Below the pieces are notes generated by a model. That model was not told the origin of the DNA. It did not search any database and was given only the letters and a program-made list of their open reading frames with translations. DNA of 64,000 nt from Paecilomyces variotii (taxonomy: Eukaryota): the NCBI GenBank assembly GCA_004022145.1, contig RCNU01000008.1; one strand, 5' to 3'. Position numbers and translations under genes: made by a program. Positions 11,348 to 23,036 of the stretch are shown piece by piece (positions within the stretch are counted from its first letter, which is position 1; every line of letters begins with the position of its first letter).

Positions 11348-12307
11348 ATGCCTCAGAAACTCCACTACGTCACTCTGGACGTCTTCGCCATCGAGCCATT
11401 CAAGGGCAATCCCCTAGCAGTAGTCTTTCTGCCCCAAGACAACACCTCCAGCATCACACAAGACAAAAAGCAACTCATCGCACGAGAATTCAATTTCTCA
11501 GAAACTATCTTCGTGCATCCTCATGATATCTCCACTCCTTCCTCGCGAAGAATTGACATCTTCACTACTTTACGCGAGATCCCTTTTGCCGGCCACCCGA
11601 CCATCGGCGCCTCGAGCTGGTTCCAGCGCCATTCTCAGGATCCCCATGACCAGGGCGTGAGAACCATCGTGACGAAATCTGGCGATATCCCCATTACTAA
11701 ATCGGATGATGGAGTGAGTGTGGTAGCGCAGATTGCGCATAATGTTCGCATTCACGCGGCGCGGTTTCCGTTATCTGAACTGTTGAGATTGCATTCTTCT
11801 CTGGAGCCATTTCTGAAGCAGAAAAGGGATGGGTTCCCTGTCGTTTCCATCGTTAATGGTATGAGTCAGATACATGTCGAACTACCTAGTCTTGAGGCCC
11901 TCGCGGCTGTGCAGCCCTCTGCTGGTGGGGAGATGATCCGCGGTGATAGCGGCTATCTTGACGATGGATGGCGCGAGGGATTGATTGTCGTTTACTTCTT
12001 TGTGCGGAACGTACTGGACGCCGCTACGGGTAAGACGGTCATTCGAACCCGGATGTTCCTGGGTAGTCTGGAAGATCCGGCGACAGGAAGCGCAGCGAGT
12101 GGTTTGGCGGCATATCTGTCCCTGACAGATCCTGAAGTTATCAAGAATGGTGGAGGGGACTTTGATATTGTGCAGGGAGTGGAAATGGGACGAAGGAGTG
12201 ATATTGGGGTTGGGGTTGCTTTGACTGGAGATGGGAAGGCTATCAGGAGTGTAGAGCTGAAGGGTGCAGCAGTCAAGGTTGCAGAAGGTGATATTATGGT
12301 TGTATAG
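11348..12307 (+). CDS. PhzF/PhzC family (diaminopimelate epimerase-like fold) protein
   Basis: DVFA..PFKGNPLAVV, AREFNFSETIFV, EIPFAGHPTIG, EDPATGSAA, QGVEMGRRS. Confidence 0.93.
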   Translation: MPQKLHYVTLDVFAIEPFKGNPLAVVFLPQDNTSSITQDKKQLIAREFNFSETIFVHPHDISTPSSRRIDIFTTLREIPFAGHPTIGASSWFQRHSQDPHDQGVRTIVTKSGDIPITKSDDGVSVVAQIAHNVRIHAARFPLSELLRLHSSLEPFLKQKRDGFPVVSIVNGMSQIHVELPSLEALAAVQPSAGGEMIRGDSGYLDDGWREGLIVVYFFVRNVLDAATGKTVIRTRMFLGSLEDPATGSAASGLAAYLSLTDPEVIKNGGGDFDIVQGVEMGRRSDIGVGVALTGDGKAIRSVELKGAAVKVAEGDIMVV

Positions 12308-12785
12308 TTGATGCTTGATTTTCTCGTATTATTACTGCGTTTGTAATGGAAGCATAGTTATCCTCATTGCCTATAAAGAAATAGGAAGGATTTAGTGCTT
12401 TGTCGCGTCATAATATGTACGACACGGGTCAATATGGTATTTAGTGTCTACTGCATCCTTCAGCTACTAGTTATCGAAGGCACCTTGCATAAGCGGCTTA
12501 TTTCCATGATAGATGTAACTAAAGCCTTGATTTTTATGAAGTCGCCTGCGTATACTCCATTTTGAGAGCTACGAGAATGGGAGAAGTACTAGAAAGGGAT
12601 CCATAACGGCAGTAATAGTGAGAGCGCTTTCATCAATTCCATTAACCCCTTCCTGAGATTCATCCATGCCATAACCCTAGTTTCAAACAATATCCAGTCC
12701 TTGCGCCATGCGAGTTATATCCCAATGCTTCATGAAAGGTCGTAGCACTAAAATGTATACAAGGAATTGCTGTTGATAGCGACGA

Positions 12786-15700
12786 TTATTCCGAATCACT
12801 GTCCACAACGAAGCCCCCTCTCATTTGTCTGCGCGATGGTGCTACAATTGGTGCGTCCTCGTCATCGTCGTCGTCATCGACGGTAGCTGCATTGACAGCA
12901 GTGGCTTGTGGTTTGGCTGATGAACGGTCTTCGGCAGCTGTTTGACTCCGCCTTTCTTTGCTGAAAGCGAGATCGTCGTCAAAGTCCATTTCATCTTCGG
13001 CTGAAGTAAGCGGCGTTTCATTGTCGACGGCCTCGTTGCTGGCGGAACCTGCTCTCGGAGGGCTAGGCGACTGTTCGGCCACGGTCATGAGGACATCATC
13101 ATCGCTCTCACCATCATCACTGCCTCCTCCAAATATGCTGGGCCGAGGACGTTTACGCCCTACGCTGCTAGCCTCCTGTTCACCATCCGTGCTCATTCTC
13201 TTCCCGCCCTTCTTTTTGGTCGTCGTCGATTCCGCTGGATCTTCCACGATGCCGGTGAGCAGAGCTTTCCGGATCCGCTTGGCTTGAGCCTTTCTTCGTT
13301 CCTCCTCCAGGCGGAAGAATTCTTCATCAGCGTCCTCATCACTTTCTTCGTCGCTGGCATGGATATATAGATCACTCTTGATCTTAGCTTGCCGTGCCAA
13401 GGCATTGGCCTCGCGGGTACGACGGCGAGCTTCTAGTGTTTCATCATCCAGCGGTTGATGCTCCTCAGTGCCCTGTCGCCGCTTGCGTCGCTTCTGTTTT
13501 AATTCTTCCAGTACATTCGACTTCGACCGAATATTCGGAGGGAATAGAGGACCATCAGGAATGATATCTTCACCTTCCGAGTCGGCTCCAAAATCAACCT
13601 CCATAGGCCCTTGGCTATCGGCTCTGGTGCTTCTGTTCACTTTCCGCCGAAGCTGGTGCCGAGGATCTTCTCCGTTGACCTCCTGCATAGGATTATTTCG
13701 ACTCTTTTCAATCGTGTCCTTGATATCTTGTAACGCTTTTGCCGTGAACGAAGACGGAACAACCCAGGATGTGCCAGGGACATCTTCAAGTCCGAGCCGT
13801 TCAAGCCCGATTAGGTTCATCAGAAGACGAAGTTTGGCATTACCAAACATGGCTGCTCGACAGGCTTCGTCGGCAGGTTTGATACCTATGCTTGAATTAG
13901 TAACTACCACGTTGGTATTATCACGATGTCAAACGTACTAATCATAGGATTCGGTGCTGCAGAAGCATCAGGATCTTCTGCTCGTCGAGCTTCGTCCTGA
14001 ACTTCCCATGAGCCCCTCTCTTCTGCTGCTGAACCAAGGACGTCGCTGATCCACTTCACAAGATCGCCTCGGCCATCCATCATCAGAGCCGAAACAACTA
14101 CGGCTAATTGGTCGTCTTTTGTCGAAGCAGCCTGAGGGTGGACTTCCAGCTCAGCGGGGGCTCTCCTCTCAGATAGCGTCTGTCTTTCGTAACCGTATTC
14201 CAGGTAGAACAATGTCGCGTTTATTTTGCTGAACAGCATCTCAACAACGAGGGCTGGGCGTTGATCCATTTTCTTGACCAATCTCCGTATCACTTGTTTC
14301 ACGAATTCTTCCCAGTCACGGAAGCTTGGCTTACTCTTGTCGAGGCCTTCAGGTCCCTTAATCATCCGATAGAATAGGTTGATAATATCAACTCGGAACA
14401 ATAGAACGCTCATCTCCTGCTTAAAAGCGACACGGTAAAAGAAACGATGAGCACGTTTCAGTTGTTCTTGGTCCAGCTCCCGATAAAACTTCGTGAAAGC
14501 CACAAATGTATCGACGGATTTTTGATTGCAGAACTTGGCGGCGAAACGGTTAAAATCGAATTTTCGCTCTTTCGATACTCTAGCCGCGTCGGCGAGCTCT
14601 TCTGCCTCGGAGCCATCTTCTTCATTCTCGTCGTCATTGCCACCATCGTCAGTGGGATTTGCAGATTGCTCTGCCTTCTTCCGTCTCGCACGCCGGCGCG
14701 ACCTTACTTGCATGTCAACATTCTCCTTCGAGTATCGCTCTAGCATACGTAGGAAGACATGGCACAACTCTGTGCAAGCATCCAAGTAGCCAAAACCTTG
14801 GTCTTTGAAGCCGCGCACGATAGCTAGAACCCTGTCATGGGTAGTTTCTTCATAAAAGATACGGTTCTGGATATTGTCGGCGATTTCCTGGTCCTCTTCG
14901 AGTGATGAAAGAGCCATCTCCTGTACGGTCAACAATATCTGTGTAAAGCAACGCATGGACGCGTTAAGGTCATGCCACTCCTTATGGTCCATGAAGTACT
15001 GCATTGCACGATTCAGGAAAACGAAAGTCTCCTGGTTGAGAACCCCTGCGACCAGGGAAAAGCTGTCTGGCTCAATCTCTCTCGAAGTACTTTTGTTTTT
15101 CTCGCGCTGCTCCTTTTGACGGGCACGCCGTGCGCGCTCGGCTTGCAGGAACCAGGAGATCACATAGAAGAATTGCGGAGTGTGGATATCAAGAACGCGA
15201 TCGGCTTCACGCTCGATGGCCTTTCGCACGTGCGTAAGAAGAGGATTAAAGCCGGAGTCCAGAAATTCCTCTACAAATGTTCGGAGATTCCCAGTAGCTT
15301 GCGAATTGAGGTGGACGGGCGTATCGAAATCGTTATTCAAATTGACATCATCATTTCTGCGTTGCTGTCGCGGTTTGTTCCACTTTTTGGTCTGATCCAT
15401 TTTATATAACGTTGTTTGGCCGTCTTTAAGGGTATCTTGTCCCGAAACCGTAGAGACCTTGGCGTCGTCTCGTTTTACCCAAATCATGGTTCCAAAACGG
15501 CCGTGTCTGGTTGGTGCGTTCTTCGCGTACTCTCTTTTCTTGCTGGATTCCTTGCCTAGCAACTCGCTAAGCTCATCTGTTCGCTTCGCCTTGCGTTGAG
15601 CATCGTCCATGAAGAGTTTCTCCACATTAACTCCTCGGATGAGGTGGAATAATATCTCCAGCAGAAACACGTCCTGAGTATTGAAGTCATCCCCCATGTT

Positions 15701-16517
15701 CGAGCACATCGTGAGCAGTAATGCGAAAACGTCCTGAGCCTGGAAGGCATTGATGGTTGCAGACCGTGATGTCTCCTCTTCTTCGCCCTCAGCAGCTAGG
15801 CGAGGATTTGGCGCGATGGTTGCAAGATTCCGAAACAGGTACAGAATTAGCTTGAGGATACCCTCGTCTCGAGCTGTGCGTTCCGACCGCGGAACAGCCA
15901 TACTAGGCAGGCCTAACTTGATAATTGCCCGAAGCATGCCGGTGCTGCTCTGGTCGAGCAACCCCCGCTTATATTGAATTTGTACCTGCTGCAGATATGG
16001 CATATGGCGATGATGGTTGACGGTCATCTGGCTGTGCGGTTCGACAGGCCATGTTAGAGGGACGAGCAATTCCACTAAGAGGGGTCAGCCATTGATCCTT
16101 TCTCTGCAGTTCGAATCCACTCACAGCATGCTAACGCGATTCTTGTCATATGCTTATGATTCTGGCCCGATTCCCACCACAGAGATAAAATCGGTACCAG
16201 GTCTCCGTTCACTATATTGGCCTCTCCAAGACATCGCGCCACGTCCATGCGATTGGACTTCGTATCGTACAATTTCAGCCATCGTTTGATGTCCCGCAGA
16301 CACGCGAAGGCATCGTCTCCCAGAACATATTTGTCCGCATCCACGCCGTTAAAGCCCCCGAGCTAGCAAAACAGAGAATTAGTGCCCACAGCCTCCAGAG
16401 CAAAGACAACGCGCGCAAAGATCAACTTACCGCAGTGACCAGAGAGTAGACATAGGCGCGAACTTCGGGATCGACGACCTGGACATTCTGCCCGACCTGG
16501 ACGGCTTCAGTATCCAT
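12786..16517 (-). CDS. tof1: Topoisomerase 1-associated factor Tof1/Swi1 (Timeless family), 4 exons
   Basis: VDPEVRAYVYSLVTA|LGG, YVLGDDAFACLRDIKRWLK, ELLVPLTWP, PTRHGRFGT, NIQNRIFYEE and acidic tail. ORFs 16075, 13904 and 12786 linked by introns; ATG at 16517. Confidence 0.94.
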
Positions 16518-16625
16518 CCTGGCGACGTCAATCCCGGTGGATGGACTTGGCCTCAGTAGTATCTGGCTATCAGCAACATTGATCCCTTTTGAGGATCTCT
16601 CGATATTAGATAAAGACCAATTAGA

Positions 16626-16652
16626 ACGCGAGAACGAAACGCGTCGACGCGT
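16626..16652. promoter_or_regulatory. Tandem MluI cell-cycle boxes (MCB) in the tof1 promoter
   Basis: Palindrome ACGCGTCGACGCGT (two ACGCGT) at 16639-16652 plus ACGCGA at 16626-16631, about 120 bp upstream of the tof1 ATG. Confidence 0.7.
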
Positions 16653-16656
16653 CGGC

Positions 16657-16662
16657 CCTCGG
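16657..16662 (+). promoter_or_regulatory. Candidate FarA/FarB fatty-acid induction site CCTCGG
   Basis: CCTCGG about 200 bp upstream of a mitochondrial beta-oxidation gene. It is only a 6-mer. Confidence 0.4.
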
Positions 16663-16865
16663 GACCGGCTGTACTTTATGCCGAAGGGCCGAGAATAGCC
16701 GATGACGTCGGGCCAAACACGTGCGGGACTCCGGGGTCGGCGAAGTAATTATTAGGATGCGGAGAGAAGTAATTAATTAATCAATCAATCTGTTTGTTTG
16801 ATCTGCTCTCTGTCGCTTTCTCTTCTTCAACTGCACTGTTGCTAGTTGCTCCCTCTTTTGACAAC

Positions 16866-17935
16866 ATGTTTGCAGCCACCCTAAGAAGAAGAGGCCTTCC
16901 AATGGCCGCCCGCTCCTTCAGCACCACGGTCCGCATGTCTGCTGCCGAGGTCAAGAAGCTGGGTGTGATAGGAGCCGGTCAGATGGTGAGCATTCACAGT
17001 TTTCAAGGCCACGCCCCTCAACTACATTCTAATACTTCATTAGGGTCTTGGAATTGCATTGGTTGCTGCTCAGAAGGCACAGGTGCCTGTAACCCTTGTC
17101 GATAGCTCCCAGGCTTCCCTGGACAAGGGCCTCAAGTTTGCCGGTACGGTTTTCTCTGGGAATTCGCAGCCTCAAACCTACCACTGACCAATGATTCTTT
17201 ATAGACAAGCTTCTAGAGAAGGATGTCAGCAAGGAGCGCATCACCCGCGATGCCGCAGACGCTGCGCGCGCCCGGCTCTTTCCTAGTACCAGCCTGGACG
17301 ACCTCTCCGATGTAGATTTCGTGATCGAGGCCGTCCCCGAAATCCCCGACTTGAAGACCAGTATTTTCTCCAAGCTGGCCCAGATCGCTCCCAAGCACGC
17401 CATTCTGGCTACAAACACTTCCTCCATCTCAATCACCAGGATCGCTGCTGCGACTACAACCGACAAGACAGATCTTCAAGCGCCCTCCCGCGTCATCTCT
17501 ACCCACTTCATGAACCCTGTCCCCGTGCAGAAGGGTGTTGAGATCATCTCTGGTCTCCAGACGTCTCCCGAGACCGTGGAAACCGCAATTGCATTCGTCG
17601 AGCGCATGGGCAAAATCCCCGCCCGCTCCGCTGACGCCCCTGGGTTCTTGGCCAACCGCATCCTGATGCCGTATATCAACGAAGCTATCATCTGTCTGGA
17701 GACGGGAATCGGTGCCCGTGAAGATATCGATAGCATCATGAAGTATGGAACTAATGTTCCCATGGGACCTCTCACCCTGGCTGACTTCATCGGTCTGGAT
17801 ACCTGCCTGGCTATCATGAACGTGTTGCACACGGAGACCGGTGATAGCAAGTACCGGCCCTCTGGCTTGTTGAAGAAGATGGTCGATGCGGGCTGGCTGG
17901 GTAAGAAGAGCGGAAAGGGATTCTACGACTACTAG
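16866..17935 (+). CDS. hadA: Mitochondrial 3-hydroxyacyl-CoA (3-hydroxybutyryl-CoA) dehydrogenase, 3 exons
   Basis: Arg-rich presequence MFAATLRRR, GVIGAGQM|GLGIA, IEAVPE, NTSSISI, HFMNPVP, PGFLANR, PMGPL, GLD. Confidence 0.93.
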
Positions 17936-18326
17936 AATTAAGTGATAAAAACGTATATAATATTCAGCGTCGCGGTGGTTATGATTTCAACCCAATCTTA
18001 AGATTCCGAATACCCTAAAGCTAGCAAGAAATGTGTATGAAATGCAGTCTGGATAGTTGTTCTCGGTGTTAGTCCTATACTATGAATGGACCACTCATCT
18101 AGCCTTACATATTGAGTCGACAACTACAATTGCGAAGAAGACATAGCTCAAGATCAAGATTTTCCATAACTAAGATCAAGGGTATCATTTAAATCAAAGC
18201 CGCCTGCAAACGCTCCCCCTTTTCTGAAACGTTTTGAAACATAAAAATCTCTTTTCGCACCTTTCAAAACTTCCTGAGAAACTCCTTAGTCGTACACCAT
18301 CAAGATTACGAGATTGGAACTATGCG

Positions 18327-19907
18327 TTACGCTGATCCAGAGAATTTCTTTCCAGTCCAGGTGGAACCGTGTTCTAAGTACTGTTGCCGTGTAATAGCGA
18401 CTTGTTTCAGTTCTTCTCTGTTCGTCGCGAAACGTGATGCACCCAGCCAAGTGGAGCGTATGGGGCTAGGATAGAGGTCAATATGAGCCTGATATCGGGA
18501 TGGGGAGAAGACAATACTCACTCCTTGGGCCTTCGGACTCGTACTTCACATTCTGCGGACGCGATTTGACGGAGATCACGGTATCTGGATGTTCTCGTAA
18601 GTAACAAAACAGTCAACGGCCCTGGAAGAAACTTACAGTCTCTCCATAAATCCCGGGATCAGAGAGTTGCCGCCCACAACTAGCACATTGGCAAGGAAAG
18701 CAGCCTGTAATGCTGTGGGAAGGACAGATAAACTCTGCATGATCACATCCGGGATCCCAGCCTGCTTCATCCCAATATCACTCGGGTTGAAGAGGATTTC
18801 CGGGACAGTGAACCGCTCATTGCCCAGGACGAGGACATCTTCAGACAAGGACTCTCCACCAACTCCGGACAGAAGGCTCTTCCTCTTCTTCGCGTTGAGG
18901 AAAGGATCATGCGGTCGCACAAATCCTTTCTTGTTTGCGTTGGGATCTGGCAGAACATAATCCACCACAACCCCCTCCCCGGGATCAGGTTGGCCGCGTT
19001 TTCGGTTCCCTTTCCAGGTCCGCTCCATATCGCCGGAGAAGTCCCCAGTTACATAACAGACAGCCTCCTTGACCTCATTCATAATGTACGTCTCATCCAC
19101 CACGTTATACTGTCTTATCGAGACCATTTCTTTGATATAATTCGTAAGGTGCTTGCCACCTAAATCGAGTCTTCGTATCCCGCGCTGAAGCGGTCGGCCT
19201 TTGTACACGGGAGTAACAGTAGTGTGCGAGTAGCCAGAATCGACGACCAGCAGGCATTCTATCGGCACGACAGAAGAGTCTGTTATCTGCTTTCCAGGAT
19301 CACCAAATAGAGAATGTAGCTCGTTCCATGCGTTCAGTGACGGGCCTGGGTAGAAATGGTGCCAGTCAGCATACGAATTCGAACATGCTCAGGGACCTGT
19401 CGACAATAACGTACCAACGCATCTCAAATATCCTCCAAATCCCCATTCCTCCATTACAATCTCGTCTGCGTTCTTCTGCAGCGCCGGCAGCCCGTTGGGT
19501 GCCTCCGTGAGCACCAGAGTCGTATTCTCGGGGTCGGTAATGTGCAGATTACTATTCCGAACCGTCTTTCCATCGAAGAAAGACTGTTCCCAAATCTCCT
19601 TCTGTGCTTCCCAGTTCACTATGTAGCCTTTCTCCACTGGTCGACGGAAGGCTACTTCGTTCCATTCGGCGACGTGCGACGAGAGCTGCGAGGCGAGAAA
19701 GGTTCGATTCCCGCGAGTTTTGACAAACGCATTAGGTATCACGGAACAAGACGAAAGCGCTTCATCCTCATCTTCTGGAGGTGGGAAGGAGGGTGCGTAG
19801 CCTGCCTTGATCGTGTATGCGCCATTGTCGATGATGAAGGTCTTTTGGGGCAACTCTTGCACAGAAGGTACGGGTTTTGCCGGCGCGCGAGACTTGCTAG
19901 GCGCCAT
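18327..19907 (-). CDS. arp6: Actin-related protein 6 (SWR1 complex), 4 exons
   Basis: IIDNGAYTIKAG, FRRPVEKGYIVNWEAQKEIW, LVVDSGYSHT, LGNERFTVPEILFNPSDIG, TWLGAS. Confidence 0.94.
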
Positions 19908-20422
19908 ATCCGAGTGAGCTGTCGTAAGGATTCAATAAATGGATATCGTGAGAGCCATAGACCCCGACGCAGCTGATCACGCCGTTCGCTGCTAAGTATG
20001 CTGGAAAATCGCGAGCTATGTATTTGCTGCGGCGCCGCCAATGTACGCGGTTATATTTGCGTCAAACAGCGCCCCCACAAGGGAGCGGAACCGGTTCCGG
20101 CCGCCTTACTACAAAGTCGGGTTCTTTGCAGGATATAATGTTGCACTTTTTGAAACCCTCCCAGAATCATAATGACAGTAGACCTACTGCAATATGATAT
20201 ATTGTATGTCGGCGTACTGGTTGCCCTGGTCAGAAAATAAGCCACCTCACCGTGTCTCCGATAAGTGTATTACCATCTCCGGTTTAGCAAGCATGGTTTA
20301 CTCCATCTATACAGTCGTGACACATATCTTGAATTGAACTAAATAAGAAGGGGGAGCTAATCTGAGTTTCTTGTGTCTTATATGACATTTGAATCACCCT
20401 TCAGGACATTCTGATCACACGC

Positions 20423-21330
20423 TTAATCAGGAGGACCAGGCTGCAATCCCCACCGTCGCCAAATGCGTTCGGCAACATCGATATAGTGTGGTCGTCCCGA
20501 CCATTTGAAGTCCACCATATAGCTTCGAAAGATGTCAGCAGACATTTCCACATACTATATATACTCTCAGCTTACCATTTCTCATTCTCAGCATCCCATA
20601 TGAGAGTCGGATTGCCACCCTTACTCACAACTCCACATCGTTTGGTATCCCTGTGTGCAAGTTGATTAGTACAGAGATAGAAATATCACTTGCTTTTACC
20701 CGAAAACTGGTACTTACTCTAGTGCTTCTTTGAAAGCTTTAAAAATCCTTTTCCTTTCAGCCTGAGGCATGGTTTGATAGTCGTAATCCCCTTCACCAAG
20801 TGGGACTCCAGGACACCAGGTCATAAGAAGATAAGAGATGAATCCAGTGGGCACAATTCCATCATCTCCTTGTTTTGTATGCAATTCTGCAACCAAGTGC
20901 GGAGCATGCTTGGCTGTATTTTGTGTGAGTTTACGCAAAGCCTTAATCTCAGATGCCATATCCTCAGACCGGTTGATATCAGCTTGTGCTTTTCTGGCAG
21001 CAGCGCTCGTAAACTCAGCATCGATCCAAGGGATTCTAGGTCAATCAGATTCAATAGATTAGAAAGCAAAGACTTCGATAAAAATTGGGGATATTATGTA
21101 GTAGCCTACTCCATGTAAATTTTTATAGCGTGTTTAACTCCTAGACCATCTTTCTGCTTGCATGAGAATACCGCCCGTGCGACAGAGCGCAAATTATGAG
21201 CAATACTCTCTTCCCTGGTGATCTGGATTGAGTTCTCACTAATTTTTTGGTCGAGCACCCAAATGACATTTGGATCATTAGGGAAAATGATCTCTTTTCC
21301 TTGCCAAATGTCCGGTCCGAAGAACTTCAT
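20423..21330 (-). CDS. Small protein-kinase-fold protein (atypical or pseudokinase), 4 exons, 237 aa
   Basis: Exons 21330-21110, 21035-20718, 20650-20576, 20522-20423 total 714 nt in frame with no internal stop. Motifs AVFSC, AIKIYME (beta3 Lys), EIKAL, YLLMTWCPG (hinge), LIWD, YMVDF; the catalytic-loop position reads VVSKGGN. Confidence 0.72.
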
Positions 21331-21585
21331 CTTCGTATTTAGAAGCTTTTGAGGTCGAGAATAGCTTTCAAATGCTGCTACGGATTTTCTCATTCAGTCC
21401 CAGTCCTATAGAGGAGAAGAAAAAGGCTCTATCACTGATTAAGCTCAGCCTTCGGGCAAGAATTGCTTTCTTTCTAAGGTTGCACTTTATGTACGTAATT
21501 CCATAACTTAGCACGTCCCATGGGAGGTCATGTGCCGCCGGACCTTAATAAATATCATCGTCATCGTCATTAATATCATATCAAA

Positions 21586-22640
21586 ATGGCCGAGTCTCTC
21601 TTACTCCTACAGAAGCCCAATCGCTGGACAGCCAGGCATCTCGAAGTCGCTAGAGTGAGGGTAATTCAAGATGTATCTGCAGCTGAACTTCTCGGGGACT
21701 TCTACCCAGAAGATGGAGATCCTGGTGAGAGACATGCATAATAGAGCCCCCTATATTCCAATACAACATCATTCTAATCCTTAGAATTGCCCCAGCAGAA
21801 TTTGAAAACATCGCAGAACAACTATGTGGCCCGAGTCGAGAAGAGATGGAGAGAAGCGTCGAGACGATGCATCTCACGTACGACAAGACGGCCTTGATCG
21901 CATTGTTCGAAGATCTTTACATGATTCTGAAAGTGGATGTGAAACAGTATCGTTATTGGTTTAAGCACTGGCTGTGTAAACTGGTCGAGGGAATTCAGTT
22001 TCGAACATCTTCACTGACCGGTCTATTTGTGTATGTCTAGCCATCCAACACTAAATCATTAATGGGTCGGTTCTAACTACAGTAAAAAGGAATACCTCCA
22101 GACGCACAACTGATATCAGGGTTGACATACCACGATTATCGCGCGCTCATATGAAGGTGGATTGCACTGTTTTAAAATTCAACAAGGAAGAAGATTCTCT
22201 CACTATTCCTCTTGCAGTTCTTTCTGTAAGTGTCAATATATCCTATCTTGAACTGTTCATTACAAAAGCTCTGACTACTCAAGATTATCAAAACGAAATG
22301 TGAAGAGAGCGTTGAGATCTCTCGGTATGAAGTCCCGCAGTGTTTAGCGCAAACCATTATGGCCTACTCTCGCAACCCCGGACTGGAACAGTACTACGGA
22401 TTTGTTATTAACCTTGATCGAACTGTTTTGCAAATCAGCAAGGCTGTTGTGGGTCAAGCATACCTAAAGAGCTTCTGGGAAGATGGATCTATCACCGAGG
22501 ATATACAACTACATCGTGCAAAGAAATTAGACCTTCTTGATCGTGATGGACGCAGGGAGTTCTCAAGGCTTATAATAGGAATATCTAAGTTCATTTTGGC
22601 AAATGAACAGTCGAAGATTATCCAGGAAGGACTGCACTGA
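21586..22640 (+). CDS. Hypothetical protein with putative PD-(D/E)xK nuclease-like fold, 4 exons, 286 aa
   Basis: Exons 21586-21724, 21799-22020, 22083-22225, 22284-22640 total 861 nt in frame; intron 2 needs a weak GTCTAT donor. Pattern KVD..PLAVLSIIK..PQCLAQTIMA..GFVI..YL..LDLLDRDGRREF. Gene model is reasonably supported; the fold is an inference. Confidence 0.62.
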
Positions 22641-23036
22641 AAGGAGAGATGCAAGCTTTAGGGGAAGTTCCCACGTAACGACCATGTGTAGGCAGACCCG
22701 CTGCCATCATAAAGTGGATGTGTTACCTTAAGGTCCATAGGGAAACTTCGAAAGACCACTAGTTTCTCTGTGGGGTGTATGAAAGGGCTCGAGATGTAAG
22801 TATGAGAGGTAGGTGGCGCTAAGACAGCAGCTAACCAACCTCACCTCAGTGCCGTGGATCGTAAGGCACCAGGCTTCCTGATCTTGCCAGTTCTGAATGA
22901 GACATCACCTGATCCAGCATCTCCGATTTCCTGCGCAAGTACAGCTTTCTTCCTTCCCACTGTTGTGCTTGATACCGCCAGAATGTCGCCGTTTGGCCTG
23001 GAACGATAAATCAGAACCGACTACATCGACGGACAG

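Noticed and set aside
11348..12307. Phenazine biosynthetic cluster
   Set aside because: Only a lone PhzF-family gene is present, with no phzA/B/D/E/G or other secondary-metabolite core gene. PhzF homologues are widespread.
20086..20099. 14-bp palindrome CGGAACCGGTTCCG near the left edge of the island
   Set aside because: It is real but single. I found no partner at the right edge, so it is not evidence for element ends and is at most an arp6 promoter site.
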